The translations under genes were made by a program, and so were the position numbers. From the NCBI RefSeq assembly GCF_006345805.1, contig NW_021832604.1:1-64000 (forward strand): 64,000 bases of DNA. The letters run 5' to 3'. Below the pieces are notes generated by a model. It saw only the letters and a list, made by a program, of their open reading frames with translations. It was not told the origin of the DNA and searched no databases. Of the stretch, positions 26,459 through 40,592 are shown in pieces; position 1 is the stretch's first letter, and every line of letters starts with the position of its first letter. This DNA is from Octopus sinensis (taxonomy: Eukaryota).

Positions 26459-26531
26459 TACCCCGACTGGGAGTCGAACCCAGAACCTTTCGCGTGTAAG
26501 GCGAACGTGATAACCGCTACACCACCGAGGC
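26459..26531 (-). tRNA. tRNA-Val(TAC), copy 2
   Basis: One difference from copy 1 (acceptor G-C becomes G-T). Confidence 0.93.
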
Positions 26532-27668
26532 TTTCATTTTAATTTTCGTACATTGTAATAAAACCTCTATCACTTAAATAGATGACATTACTCATTCCAT
26601 GTTCCAACTGTCCGAAATGAGTATAATCTGTTTTGTCAGTACATGAAGGTGATTCTCTTAGAGTACTCTCCTGACTACATTTCATCGTACTCACTTGGCT
26701 TGAATTCGATCAGACCGAAGTAGTAATCAAGCAAAGAAATAGCATACTCATTCAACGAATAGAATTAGTTTTCCGCAATGAGGCGATTTTGCATAATATT
26801 GACGCCAACTCCACAATTTCTCGTTTTTTTGATCAAGACAAAATACTTGTATTGTTGCTTTTCCTTTAAGACGTTCACTGGATCACCACACACAAAGGTC
26901 ACCGATTTTTGTAGTCAAGATCCATTTAATGAAACCTTCCAGAGCTTTGCCCACTCTACTCAGCTGGACTAACAGAAAAAATATATAAACAAGAACTAGC
27001 TATCATAAACGTATTTAGAATACGTAATTTTTATCAAATTATGTCATTTGTTAGTAGGTAGAAAATAATTATGTGAAGAGATATGACATTGTTGTCCGCA
27101 GATTAGCCAATGGTGGCTGCCATTTTGCATTTTTATTTAATTTTCGAAACTCTGTCGGTCCAAGTTTGTCAGATTTCTTTCCACTTCTGCTTTTCAGTTC
27201 AAGAAACAGAGCTGCTTAAAAGTTAAAATTTAAACCTAAATTATCTCTAGGCTGGAGGGAAATGCTGCGTGAATATTCCTCCAAGTCGATTCCTAAGAGT
27301 TTCCTTATTTCCAATGAAATAAACTAAACTAAAAGTTATCAAAAAACTTTGATCAGATTCCAATCTCTGATTCCAATTTTGGGTAAATTTGAGGCGTGCA
27401 TGTGAATTAGTTTTCGGCCATTTATGTAGTTGTTCTCAAAGCATTCCTTTCGATTAATCAAGCATTGATTACTGCCAACTCAGGGTGGCCAAGTTCTGTT
27501 TTGACCCAGTCTCCCACCTGCTTGATAGACCAGTCAATGCAATCTGGTACACTAACTAATTCGTGCTGAGACATTACAATAAATATAAGCTTTGTCTTGG
27601 GAACAGTTTTCTGACTATTTTATATAATTAAATTATTTTAAATAAAATAAGTGTCTCTTTGTGAGTCA

Positions 27669-28866
27669 ATGTCCGCAAATAAACCATTCAACGAAATCTT
27701 TTTAGAATACAGAGAAATAATAAACAAATTTAAAAAGTAGATAAATAAAATAAATTCTAGACGATCAAAAAGAGCAAACAACAGCGATCTCATAAAACAA
27801 ATGTCTGCCCTAATAAAGTCCTTCCACCACCAGGGAGAATTCGACGATGACTGTGCCGCATTTCTCCACTACCTAAGCCACGAGTAGTCCAATTTATCAT
27901 AAAATTAGTTTTCAGGCAGCCTGTTCTAAGGAAGTATTGTCCGACCCGACAGATCTTATAGAAGCAGCCAGGAAATACATATCCCACGACACGTACTGCA
28001 GAATGAATCGTTTCATAACATTCGGAGAGGATCTGGAGAACGCAATACAGTGCTACAATCAGTGCATTCAAGTTGATTTGTGTCATCATTCGGCAGATCT
28101 TCATTGCGGCCAAAAAAAGCCTAAAAGTATTTCAATTCAGTTTGGAAATCGGGCACTATTTGATGGTACTAATATTACATTTTATTAGAAAATTTGCCAC
28201 TTTCCGGATGCTCTGAATTTTCTATACAAAGCATTGGAATACTCGGAGAGTGTATTCTAGTATATAACCCAGTCAGGTGGTTGTCGAACAGATATTTGTA
28301 AAGCAGTTGATAATAGAGTGCCATGTGGATATCAGTTGTGTGCTGACTGACCCAATTAGACGAATTCGAGAGTGCATTCGACGTGGTTAATTCGGTTTTT
28401 GAGTTCGAGGGAGTGTCGAACAAAGCATTGCTGTACCCTCTCTGTGGAGTACTCGTCCAGTTGGAAATATCGAGAGTGCTCCTCCTCTGCATTGTGAATG
28501 TATTGAGTAGGCTAATTGGCCAGAATTGCTCTATTCCTGTGTGGGAGAAGGATTGTGCGATTTTTGGTAAATATTGTGGGAGGACAGTCGAGGAGGACCT
28601 ATCGAGAGGACCCGAAGGTTGTGTTCTGAATATGTTTGACAGATAAACTCGTGTCGACTGAGGTGTACCAGTATTTGAAGACTCTTTTGGTAGACGAGAT
28701 GGGAGATTGGTAGGTGGCTGTGGCTGATTTGTCTGTCGATGATGTCAAACAGGTCGAGGAGTTGTTTGGACCTGATTTAACGCGCACTCATTCTTTACTG
28801 TTTTCTGTACTCAAGGAGAAGATGCACAACAGATTAGTCCACGTTATTAAAAAACCAAGAAATTAA
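27669..28866 (+). CDS. F8A1: HAP40/F8A (huntingtin-associated protein 40) homologue, intact copy
   Basis: EIFLEYREIINKFKK|RSKRANNSDLIKQMSALIKSF, CAAF, DLIEAARKY, FGEDLENAIQCY, QLEISRVLLLCI resemble HAP40 (DFLARYRLVSNKLKKR, LTEAARLF, YGEPL, RCEVSRVLLLLL) as I recall it. Confidence 0.75.
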
Positions 28867-28940
28867 CCTTTTTATTTTTAATTTACTTATTTAATTAAAT
28901 AAATTATATTTTAATTGCGGTTTCTTGTGTGTCACTAGGA

Positions 28941-29236
28941 ATGGACTATGCCTCACTAAACTTTTGTATCATCACTCTACTGTGGGTTCTCTTTCTAATC
29001 ATTTCGTCCATTTTCCTGAAGAAATCTCGCTACAAGCTGTACGTAATGTCCCCTAATGTGTTTAGAATGATAATGATTCTACTCGCCATTACTGCGATAT
29101 GTTGCTACATTCAGTACAATCAGTTTTAATTAACGAATTTAGTTGGTTGGTCACGTGGCTAATACAGCTGAACCCACTGGTGGCACCTCAACTGTCAAAA
29201 CTCCATTTATATGCAATCAAAAGAGGGTGGAGATGA
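28941..29236 (+). CDS. ATP6V0E: V-ATPase V0 subunit e, intact copy
   Basis: Three exons: ...KKSRYKLMIMILLAITAICCYIHWLVTWLIQLNPLVAPQL...GWR*. Confidence 0.9.
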
Positions 29237-29444
29237 TCTTGTTTTACTGTCTTTAATTAAATTATTAACTACAACTCTTTTTAACTATAAAATACTAATT
29301 TTAAACCATTCAAAGGTCCACCAACATTTAGTAATATTTGTCACCACAATAATCAATATGAGTTTTACCTTTTAATATAATTTAAAACTTTTTAAAATTA
29401 AAACTTTAAATTTTATAAAAACATTTTTTTCACGTGTGAACAAA

Positions 29445-30553
29445 ATGAAGCTGGACAATCAGTCTATGCAATGTCTGCGCGTCGCAAAAGTATTCAAGGA
29501 GAACCGCAAGGAAATAAATCACATGGACTTTACCAAAAACGGGGAGATTCTCATCACAAGCGGAGATGATGACCAAATTTCAATCTACGACTGCAACAAC
29601 GGAATGTATTCCTCCACAAAACTCTCCCAGATTCCAGAGACTTTTAAACAGCAAGAAATATGGGGTGTCTCTAATCCAATACACTCACGCGGAGAATACG
29701 GTCATCCACGCATCCACCAAACTGGACGGTCCTCCCCCTCCATCAATTCATAGACAGTGTTCGGTACCTCTCACTCCACAATAATCAGTATATTCGCTAT
29801 TTTAGTGGACATAGTGATCGGTAGGGAGAATATTGTTTATTTTAGAGTGACCTGTCTCCAGATGTCCCCACTGGATGATCTCTTTCTTTCCGCCTCCCTC
29901 GACAAGACTGTGAGGATTTGGGATCTCAAGTCTCCGAATTGCCAGGTTTGGGTGTTTGGGGAAAGTAGGGAATGCTGACTGTCCCTGACTTCCCCGTGGC
30001 CGCGATCGACCCCGAAGGACTCATATTCACGGTGGGATATCGGTCTACACTCAAATTTTATGATTTGCGATCGTATGACAAGGTTTGTTTGATTTGCTCA
30101 TTGGGAGGGTCCTTTCCTCACTTCGGACATCAAGGAGACCCCCGAGTGGACGGGCATTAAATTCAGTCCCGACGGGAAAAATATTTTGGTCTCCACTTCC
30201 GGGTGCTGTCATTTCCTTGTGGATGCATTCCACGGGACCTTCAAACACGCATTTGAGGCATTTCTATTTGGTTACTCGTTTAGGGATTTACCAACAATCA
30301 TTCAAAAATTGAAGCAGATTTCACCCCGGACTCGCAGTATGTGATTTCTGGTTCTACTGACGGTGGATTGCATTCCTGGAACGTCGAGTCGGGGGTCAGG
30401 ACTTGTCAAATCAAGTCGACTTTGCCTAACGAGTGTGTTCGTCTTGTCCGCTTTAACCCCAAAATGATGCTCTTGGCTGCTGCTTCTCTACAACTTGTTG
30501 TTTTCTTTTTTCATTTTTAGGGATTTTATCTTTCGTATTTAGAAGATGAGTGA
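29445..30553 (+). CDS. WDR82: WDR82, copy 2
   Basis: Near-identical to 7294-8402. Confidence 0.93.
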
Positions 30554-30639
30554 CTTGTTGGAATATTTGAAACAAAGTTTTTCGCTTTTTTGAGTGCGCG
30601 CGTAGTGACGAAACGAATTAAAGAAACAATATTTATAAA

Positions 30640-30956
30640 GATTAAATATTTAAGACGGTTTTATTTTATTGCTCCACGATTTTTTTGGAGAGTCTTTGTC
30701 GCCGTCGAGTTCGTTGACGTCGTTTTTAGGGGAAAATAGCTTTTTTATTTTAGACAAATAGTTTTTTTTATTTGTTCCTATAAAATGATATTATTTGTGT
30801 ACTTTTATCGATGTCATCTCCTGACAAAATAGTTTCGTCCTTTTCAGTAACTGGTTGACATTGCGTGATGTGACTTTTCTCAGAATTCATTTGTTGATTC
30901 TGATCGAACAGTTCTATCAACCTCTTAATTATATGTTTTATAAAACAACGTGACAT
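30640..30956 (-). CDS. Hypothetical protein exon(s); also at about 8500-8810, with a 1-bp deletion there
   Basis: Open frame IIKRLIELFDQNQQMNSEKSHITQ...; no family recognised. Confidence 0.25.
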
Positions 30957-33227
30957 TACATCATTTGCTCACATTTAGCGAAATAATTCTGAAGGATCAA
31001 TTATTAGTAGAATATAAAGAATTATTGACTTGACTTTATAATATGCGTAATTAGCTGCTTATGTACTTTATTAAATGAGAGTTTCTTGATACATTTTGTT
31101 ATAGAAATTGCACTTTCTAAAAGTTATTTTACGTGTTTTCTAGAAGAGTGGGGAATTGTATTCCTTGATCATCTCGAAAGTTAACAATTTTCATTTTGTC
31201 ATGTGATTTCTAAATGGGTAAGAACATTTTTAACCTATGATGAACAGATTATGCTCTCTGAGATTCAATTTAGAACCTGCGTTCCCCAAAAAGAAATCAA
31301 ATATAATTTCTGTTAAGTAAATATCGGAGATTTCATAAACACTGAATTGTTAATAACGTTGATCCTTGAAAAATACTGTCAAAATTATTTTTACTTTATT
31401 TGGAAGGAATTTTGTAAACATATAAATTGAACTTTAAGGCAAGTTTGTTACATAGTTGAATATTTCCATTCTAATTAAGAAAATGGAAAAGGCTTCTTGG
31501 CCATTCAACAGGACCAACTGTTAAAAGACCAAGACCTTAGCAACCAAAAGCACATCACCCCGATTTAATTATTCACGAAAATTGTTCCCCGCCCGTCCCG
31601 CACTTGCGTTGGTTCCAGAATCCAACATCGGGAAAAGCTGAGAAAGATCTTGAGGATTGTTGGAATCACATAATTAATTACCCTAATTAACTTTTGGTGA
31701 TTCTTGGGTTAAATGATAATAATTTTCATTCTAAATCAAAACAACGACTTGATCATTGACTTTGACGGGTCACTATTTATTTTGTGTTCTCTTAACACAC
31801 AATTCGTCCAGATGCTCTCTCCATCCTGCAATATGATGTCCGATTAGATATACTCAATTACTTCAGTCCAATTCTCGTGTTTGAATTCCGTACTTAACTT
31901 TTTATGTTCCGTTCTTCACTCCTCTCCATGTTAATTTTGTAACACCGTCGTCCCTTCTAGAGGTTTTTATTGACTCACAGATTCTGAGCCTCTTTTCTAG
32001 CACTTTTGCATTATCTTGTATTTGCCTAGCAGTTCTAAGGAACTCTTTTTTCTTAGATTTTCGGTATCCATGCTTTTATCGTAGTTTCACTTTTAGTTCT
32101 TATCTTGCGTCGGGCTACCTTCACTTTCGAACTCCTTTTTGAGTTTTGCCACTTGATTAATTGTATCCACTCATTTTCCTCAAAAATTGAGAGGTTTTCG
32201 AAAGCACACCGAGCAAAATAAATTATATTCGTGACCTCAATCATGCTTTCTAAATGATTTGATTAGAAAAATTCATGAATCGCCGCATTTATTCCGATTA
32301 AAATCACCCTCTTAATTTGCGCTTTTTTGTGGGTTTCTTTGCATTTTTGGAGTCATTTGGACAATCCGTGTTCCAAGCATCCACCTTATTATAACATATC
32401 CTAAATATCGAAACTTCTGCTTTTTGAAACCCTTTTCTAGAATCCAATTCACTTCTGAGCATCTCCTCTTGGTTGCAGCCTTGCTATTAATATGTTCCCT
32501 TTTAATTGAAACTTTGAACTATTAGGGGCCATATTCTAAAAAAGTTCTTTTTATTTACCTGATTCATCGTTGCCTGCAAGCACATGAGGCTAGCGAGTTA
32601 GTCCGGATTGCTTATACTTTTGGTTCTCTTTACCAAGGAGAACTTGGTTGTATTTATGTTTGGTTTTTAAGAGTTTCCACAGGTAAGTTAACAGGAATGG
32701 AATCATTGCCTTCAGTTGACACCAACATGCTTCCACCACAAGAAAATAATGATCCACACTTCCTAATATTCGACATCTTTCATTCTAAATGCGACTCCAA
32801 AAGTCAACAATCCGAAATTGACAGGTTTTAATAATTACGGCAAGAGAAGATAGCAAAACAATACTAGTCGGTTTAAATGATCTTTTAGATATTTCAATGA
32901 ATTTTGCAGCTCTCGAAATAAAGAAAATTCGACGGTATTTTACGTTGTCGAAAAAGATTTGAATAAATGGTTGCTGGTAGAGGTGGTATTCCTGGGATTG
33001 CGCCTGGACTGCCCTTTTACGTCAGAAAATGGCTTTTGTAATCTTATATACAAATTATATGTTTGATTTCTCGCCAATATTAAATCTAAAACTGTTAAAG
33101 ATTCTAAATTTAAATATATTAATTTCAATAAATAATTTTTTCCTATTTTAAAAAATAAACACATAAATTTTCCAACGTGTAGTTGAGACTTTTCTTGCGT
33201 TAAACCGAATACAACATTTCTACTAAA

Positions 33228-35665
33228 ATGCCAGTAAATAAACCGCGGAATGACCGAGTCGAAATGGCTCGTCGGTGCATAGAACAGAATCCTTACAACA
33301 CGGACGCCTGGGACCTCTTGATTGCAGACTCCCAGGTGGGAATATCTAATTTATCCCATCAGACCATGCCCATGAGCGAATGTAGAGAATTCTACGAAAA
33401 CTTGGTGCGACAATTCCCAAACAATGGGGCCTACTGGAAAGCATATGCAGATAAATTAGTTTGTGTTGAAGAATCACATTTCCAGATTGCATGCAGAGAT
33501 TATGAATCTGTGGAAAGTCTTTTTGAAAGGTGTCTAACAAACGTCCTCCACGTCGACTTGTGGAAAACGTATTTATATTATATTAAAGAAACGAAATACA
33601 ATTCTGCCACTTTCCAGTAGACGAGTGTAATACTGTTAGTGAAAGCATGGGAAAAGCCTACGAGTTTGCCATTTCGAGGATTGGGTTGGATTACTTTTCC
33701 TTCGGGATATGGAATGACTATCTGACATTCCTGACGAGTGTGTTTGTGTGTGTGCTGACCAATCCAAGGCCTACTCAGAAAATGTCATCGGAGGCACTGC
33801 GCATTCAGTTAATAAGAAAGATATTCCACAAAGGAATAAGCACTCCAATGCAGCACATTGATCTGCTCTGGAATGACTACTGCCACTTTGAACAAGTTTT
33901 ATTAATACTCATTTTGAGGTCCACTGCCAGCCTGTGGCCAAGAGGCAGATTGAGGACAGAAGACAGGACTATAAATCGGCGATTGCCATGGCTGCGAGGA
34001 TGCTGCCCTTCATTGAACGACTTGATTGTACAGTCTGTGTGGGTTACGGGACTCCCGAGGCTAAGGAAAACGTGAATTTGAAATTGTTCATTTTTAGACG
34101 AAGGCTTGGAAAGAGTACATTTCCTTCGAAAAGTCAAATGTGATGGAAATTGAGGACATGGGACTGTTCAGTGAAAGATGTAGGACTATGACTAATAAGT
34201 AGTGATATTTGCATTTGAACAAGCCATGCTCTCATTGGGAGGCAACCTCGAGATTCTGATCGACGTGACTGCCTTTCTTGAGAAGATCCGACTGAATATT
34301 GCTCGGAAGGGGGTGAGTATATCACATTCATTCAAAGGACGTCAATCTACTCAACAAACTGACTGACGAGATTGCCAGAATATACGGCAGGGCTACACAG
34401 GAGTACTTCAAGGACTCAGTTCTTGTCCATTTAGCCCACGTTCGATTCCAAGAAGTTTGTATTTATACTTTAAATGAAGAGTTGTCTGCGCTACTCAAAC
34501 GCCCACTCGATTTACCGCAACCTGCTGAGTGATACTGCCTCAGTGGACTTGATATATATTCACTACTTCCGGTTTCTGCGGAGAGTGGAAGGAATGAACG
34601 CTGCGAGGAATGCATTCATCGAAGCCTGCAACGACCCGAGGACGACTCACCGAATCTACGTTGCATTTGCATATATGGAATACTACTGCATCAAAGTGGG
34701 GCATTGGGTCGACTTTTAGGACAAACAAGTGGCTCAAAATATTTTTAATCTCGCACTCGATAAGTTTGGGGACAAGTCCAAAGATTTGGTGACTGCATAT
34801 CTTGATTTTACTCTTCTATTGAATGGTTTGTTAATATTTCATGCATGTCTAGACGATGGTATAATCAGGGCTGCATTCGGGAGGTATTTGGGAAATGATG
34901 TGTTTGTGTCGTGCTTTTATATTTTAGTGACTTGCTGCAAAAATACGGAAACTTTGAGTCCTATGCGGGAGATCTACCCGCGATTGAGAAGATCGAGAGT
35001 CGTCGAATGACACTAATGAGAGATGTATTCATTAGCCTATAACTAGGACGATATTGTGGCACAAGTTGCCGAGAATTATTCGTTCATGGACTTGACACCA
35101 CTGCCCAAAGTGGACGAGACCACCCAACCGGAAGTGACTAATGTTATTATTATACTTATTATTACAAAATTGTTGCGAAATAATTTATCTCAGGATAATA
35201 ACTTCCAGTGTATAGTATCAAAAAATGGCCGTTTTTCGTTAGCTCGTCCTGACATTTCACAAATGTTGTCTTTTAAGCCGAGAATGAGTTTCATGAGTTT
35301 TTGTCTTTTTGAAAACGTAGCAACCTCGTTTCATCCTGTTCTCGGTGGATCATATCCGCCAATATCCTCTTTGGACTATCTAAACTCGTGTCTCCCCCCG
35401 CCACAATTTTTTCACGTAAAATATTTTTAATGACTTTTAGGGACCCTTCGTCAATGTTGATAAATTTTTAGAAGTAATAGTTTCCTTGTCTCCAATCGAT
35501 ACGAAGAGTATGACACATTTTTTGAGTGATGCAGATGATTTTCTGGCTAGTTTCGAGGATTTGAAAAAGGTCGATCCTGGAAGTGCAATGACTCTTTTAT
35601 CAGGGCCAAAATCCAGTTCGGCTGATGAGTTTGTGGACATTTACAGCGCACGTCACTCAAAATGA
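33228..35665 (+). CDS. CSTF3: Cleavage stimulation factor 77 kDa subunit
   Basis: NPYNTDAW, REFYENLVRQFP, VESLFERCL, HVDLWKTYL, AYEFAISRIGLD, IRKIFHKGISTPM, YFRFLRRVEGMNAAR, YVAFAYMEYY, RPDISQM, LPPP, DIYSARHSK*. Confidence 0.93.
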
Positions 35666-35779
35666 TTTGACTTTGTTGATTGTTTAATTATAGCGTGTTT
35701 ATGGATTTCTAGTTGATTGCCTTCTGTAGGATATTTCTAGAAAGTGATTAATATAATACAAACATAGTACAACAAATTA

Positions 35780-37805
35780 AGCTCCAGCCATCGATAGGTT
35801 TTTATCCCGGCTCCGATGTCATGGATTCTGGAGAGTAGGCCCAGGTGCCACACGCTATCGAAGGCTTTGGCCAGATCCAGACACACCACAGTTAGCCATG
35901 CTTCATTTCTGTCAGCACGGGATAATTGGTGCTCTAACTCCCTGAGGCAGTCCCCTGTGGATCTTCCTCCACGAAATCCCCATTGTTCGGGTAAAAGCAA
36001 ATTTTGTGACTCTATATGACCAGAGAGTCTGTTAAAGACAATCTTTTCCATTGTCTTAGAGAAAGCACAAATGAGGCTAATTGGCCGGTAGTTCTGTGCC
36101 AGCAGTGTCGATTTACCAGATTTTGGAATCATTCGAACAATCGTATGCTTCCACGCCGATGGAAGGTGTCCGAACGTCCAGCTGGCGTGAAACAACATAG
36201 TCAATGCTCGTATCAAGATTTCAGGGGCCTTCTTTAACAACTTCGGAGGGATGTAGTCGAAGCCAGGCGCCTTGTTCTTCAACCCAGCAATTGCCCTTTC
36301 AACCTCTTCCTGTGTTATCGCCCCACATAATGGTCCCTCCGATAATTGCGAAGAGCCAAGCTTCTTCACAATTCGGTCATAAGTCCCTCGTGGAACGGTA
36401 GATTCGACCTCTTGAACCTGATTAAGTTGGTTCCTGAGTACTTCCGGGATACGATCAGAGGAGATATATTTCCCGTCTGGTTCTTTTAGTGAAATTTCAA
36501 ATCCTTTGGCATCATTTCTGGTAAGGCGTTGATATGTTTTCCAGAAATTAGGGTTTCGCTTATCCAGTTTTCTGCATTCAGACCTCCATTTACTTTCGAC
36601 CTCAGTCTTGGCCATTTTTGCAATAGTAGATTTTATCTTGTCGATCTCCAATTTTAGGCGGCATTTGATTGACTCAACCCGACATCTTCTCCTGCGATTT
36701 TCCAGGGTACCTTTCGTTCTGATCAGAGTGACAAGTTTCGAATTCATCCGCTTTTGCGTTCCTTTGGGTTTCCATACATTTTTTAATGCATAAACATCCA
36801 GGAATTTTATGATTGACGATCTAAGGTGATCATCGAGATTGTCAATATCATCTCTGCTTCTCAGAGGCTGGGACACGACATTTCGAAGAGAATCCCGCAT
36901 ATATGATTCGAATAAACTCCAGTTCATGTTCACGAGGTTGTAACCAATGAACAAGTCCTCCGTAACATTCATAGTCATCTTTATCAACATCGTTTGCGGC
37001 ACGTGGTCAGAGCCAATGTCCGCTTCCAACCTCGGTATGTAACATAAAGGACTAATTGATGCCGAGCATAGAAAGAGACCCAAGCGATCAGCCCTGCCTC
37101 TGTCTGCTTAATGATTCAGTTCTTCCGATGTAAATACCGAAAAACCCAAGCTACTGGCCAAGTCCTCAAGGACAGTTCCATCCATATTCGTAGTTTCACA
37201 TCCATAACTCATATTTTTGGCATTAAGATCTCCTGCTAGGATTGACAGGCAATTTTCCTCAAAGAACGTCCCAATAACGTTTGAATAGCGCCTTAGCGAC
37301 TTTGAGTACATTCCCCCGACGGTTAGCCAGCCAGCAGTCGTGTGCAGCTCGAGCACAATAAGTTCACAGAGTGACTCCTCCACAATTCTGATGTTTCTTA
37401 CCTTAAGGTTCGCCCTGTAGTAGACTGAGGTTCCTGTCCCCGCCACTGAGTTTATTTTCCATGGTATATTAATAGACTTATAGCCTTCGAATTTCACCCT
37501 CGTAGCTTCCTTCAGCTTAGTCTCATTGATAATCAATATGTGAGACTTCGCTGTGGCCAGCAGGAGCCTCAGCTCCGATGCCCGTCTCGCAAGCGAGCAG
37601 GCATTTAGAATTGTCAGAGCAAGGAATCCTTCCGACATGGGTGGCTGACCTCCCGTGGGAGCGCCACCTTTTTCGGTAAAGGGGGTCTGCCTGCTTTCCG
37701 TTTGCTACCGGTTTCAGCCGGCTCTGGAGGCGTCCCATCGTCCTCCAGCCGGGCTTCGGGGCTTGGCAGCTGAACTCCAGATTTTGCTACTGCAGTTTTC
37801 TTCAC
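35780..37805 (-). mobile_element. Jockey/I-type LINE fragment (ORF1 tail, APE endonuclease, RT), 3'-truncated
   Basis: LIINETKL, LAGDLNAK, KAPGFD, YRPISLI, QWGFRGGRST, LDLAKAFDSVWH; one in-frame TAA near 37108 separates APE and RT. Confidence 0.9.
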
Positions 37806-37811
37806 TGCTCT

Positions 37812-38108
37812 CGCCTTCGGGGCGGCGGAAATATAGAGAACTCTCGGAGCGATATCTATTCGCCCCTGTTGCTGTCGAGACTTCAGGGGTCATTGGGGAA
37901 AAGTCTTTGACTTTCCTCTATAAGCTCGGACGTCTGATCTCTCTGAAGAGAAATGACACACGCGAGACGGGCTGGCTCCTTCAGAGGATTTCCCTTGCCA
38001 TCGTACGAGGAAACTGTTTCTCCATCTACGAAGCGGGGAAGTCCTCTAACTAACTTTAGTTTCATTTTGATTTTTCTGGTTAAATAAACTCTTTGTATAA
38101 AAAAAAAA
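37812..38108 (+). mobile_element. CRE-like 3' fragment with poly(A)
   Basis: KYRELSERYLFAPVAVETSG...WLLQRISLAIVRGN; A-run 38098-38108. Confidence 0.85.
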
Positions 38109-38140
38109 GTTTCAGAGAACAAGTAAAGATTAAATTTGAG

Positions 38141-39720
38141 TTATTGTTCGGAAACTGATTTAGTTTGTGCCCATGTCTGAATTTCGATTTGTGCAAAAAC
38201 TGTAAACAACAAGACGGATACGAGATGGAGTACAAGCATTATGCTAAAAGCAATCCTCCATTGATTAAAATCATGCTAAAAAATATTATTTGATCAAACT
38301 CTCAATGTCACAATCTCAGATGTAAAAAAGATTGCAATGATTCCAAAAATAGACCCCAGTGTGTTTGCAATACCAATCAATATGCTGCTATAATCTGGTC
38401 CAATGTCGACAATAGTTGGCATGGTCCCAGAAAGAGATACTCCTAGAAAAAAACAAGCGATCATAATGCACGTAATCCCTCCAAATTTATTAGATGTTAG
38501 AGTGGCACACAACATGAAGATGCTTACTGGAATGTGTCCTGATTAATATAATTTATGTTTAATAGAAACCAAGAAAAAGGAGCAGTTTTCGCAACTTTAA
38601 TTTCCCCATTACCTCCCTTCGGACAAGAACGTCAGATAAATAGCATGAAACAAATCCTCCAAGCCAAGAAACGATTGGAATTAAGAATGTAATTTCCGTT
38701 TGCAATTTAATATTGATTCAAAAATACATTTTTTACTTGGATATTATACAACCCGTCGATTATCCACGGAATATAACTAATAAGCAAAAACACGCTATAT
38801 GATTCTGTAGAATACGTAAATAATAAGGACAAAAAAACTTTTGAGGTCAGTGCCTGACGCCACGGGAAATCCTAAAAATAAAATCAAAATTTTGCCTTTA
38901 TAGTCCTGGAAGTTTTTAAGCTAACGTTTTCTTCCAAAAATTTTTTTTCTTCTGAAGTGATCCATTTGTTATCCTTTGGAGAGTCGGTAAAAAAGACAAG
39001 AAAAAATATTAAATAAAGAGTTGCTAAACCTCCTGAAAATAAAATTAACTAAAAATATGCCAAAAATATAAAAGGAAGCACTCCATGGATACTCGTTTTT
39101 TGCCAGCCCAGAAACAACCGAATAAGCTAAAATAGAACCAACATTGATCCCTGAAAATTATCAATCAAAAATGCCTGGTATGATCATTCCATTGGCTGTG
39201 CTTCGATAATTGTCCGGAAACCAGTTCACAATAATGAGAATGATTGCAGGAAAAATGCATGCCTAAAAACTATCAAAACATTTTAGACCTGTACAAGTCC
39301 CATGATTATTCTCACAGCTATCAGTGCATAAACAGAGTATTCAATTGCCACGGGGGAAACAACACACATTGCAGTTGATATTATGATCGAGATTGTAAGA
39401 ATTAATTTTTGACCATATTTTTTAGCCAACACTCCACCAAGAATTTGGGTCAGAGTGTATCCTATATAAAACGACATCAAAGCGCCTCCTCGTTCTCCAG
39501 TAGTCCAAACAAACAGTTTCTTGAAATCATATATGCTTATTTACATTATTTGTGTTATTTTGGTCAACAGTAGCAATTTCTGCAGCAACCACATTTAGAT
39601 TGACTCTCTGTGTATATATAATACTCAAACAAAAAAATGTAGATGCCACTACTATTCCTCTCCCTCGGACATTTTCTAATGCTGAATTATAAGAGTTGTG
39701 TTATTACTTGTCAAAGACAT
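38141..39720 (-). CDS. SLC17A5: SLC17/sialin-like MFS transporter, copy A
   Basis: RVNLNV, SFYIGYTLTQILGGVLAKKYG, VRIIMGLVQ, DIGPDYSSILIGIANTLGSIFGI, W..AF; micro-introns. Full frame not checked exon by exon. Confidence 0.85.
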
Positions 39721-40592
39721 TTAGTAAAAAATTAAGCACCAATATGTAATTTAAACGATCTAATTAGATCAGATATCCGAATATTAAAACCTAATTATTT
39801 ATCTATTTTTATAAAATTAAGTACATTAATTGTCCTTTTTAGTATAATAAATCCTCTCTTTTTTGTCATCTTAATGACCGAAAAAAATATTGACTGAGCA
39901 TATGACCTATGACGGCATTCAGCTCAGGCGAATTTATATCGAAATTTTCTTTTTGATAAAAAATGATTTTAATTTTTTAGCTATCTTTGATGCTTCTTCA
40001 GTATTCACAAAAGAATTTTTGGAATTTATTTATTCTAACCATAAAAAATCGAAGAATCAGAATTGATATTAAGCTAGTCTTCCATCTCATCTAATTTGTA
40101 AATGTTCGAAAGGAATTTTAAGTAAAGTCCGACCCCGGTTTGTCCCAGACCTCAGCCTGGATACACCCTACTTTTCGGGCTAATTTTTAGAAATAAGTAA
40201 TTTTTAATGGCAGTTATCTCACGACCCTGGTCAGCTTTGTTATTTTTTTGTATTCGACGATCCTCAGGGAAAGAAAAATTGTGTTTCCTACCCTCTTACA
40301 GTCATAGACAGTCCCCTCATCGTGAATTCCGAATGCAAAAATTAGAGAAATATTAAATAAACAGAAATTAGAAAAATCAAAACAACTGATAAAACATAAC
40401 CTGCCATGTCGTCTCTTCATTCGAAACAACCAATCTGTTGAACAGGGAAAAGCAAGACTACATTTATTACAATTTTTTTATTTTAGTTCCTGTCAGCATG
40501 ACTAGACAGGACTTATCTGACAAAAGAATTTGCAAATTCTATTCCATCTTGCAACAACACAAACTCTTTTAAAAATATTAAAACAATTCTTT

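Larger units (their letters stand above)
26038..31701. repeat. Segmental duplication, copy 2
   Basis: Matches 1-9547 without the CRE and Helitron insertions; ends inside the 3' end of the copine gene. Confidence 0.95.

Noticed and set aside
31702-32800. Minus-strand gene or TE remnant
   Set aside because: Frames are broken by several stops and show no motif I can assign.
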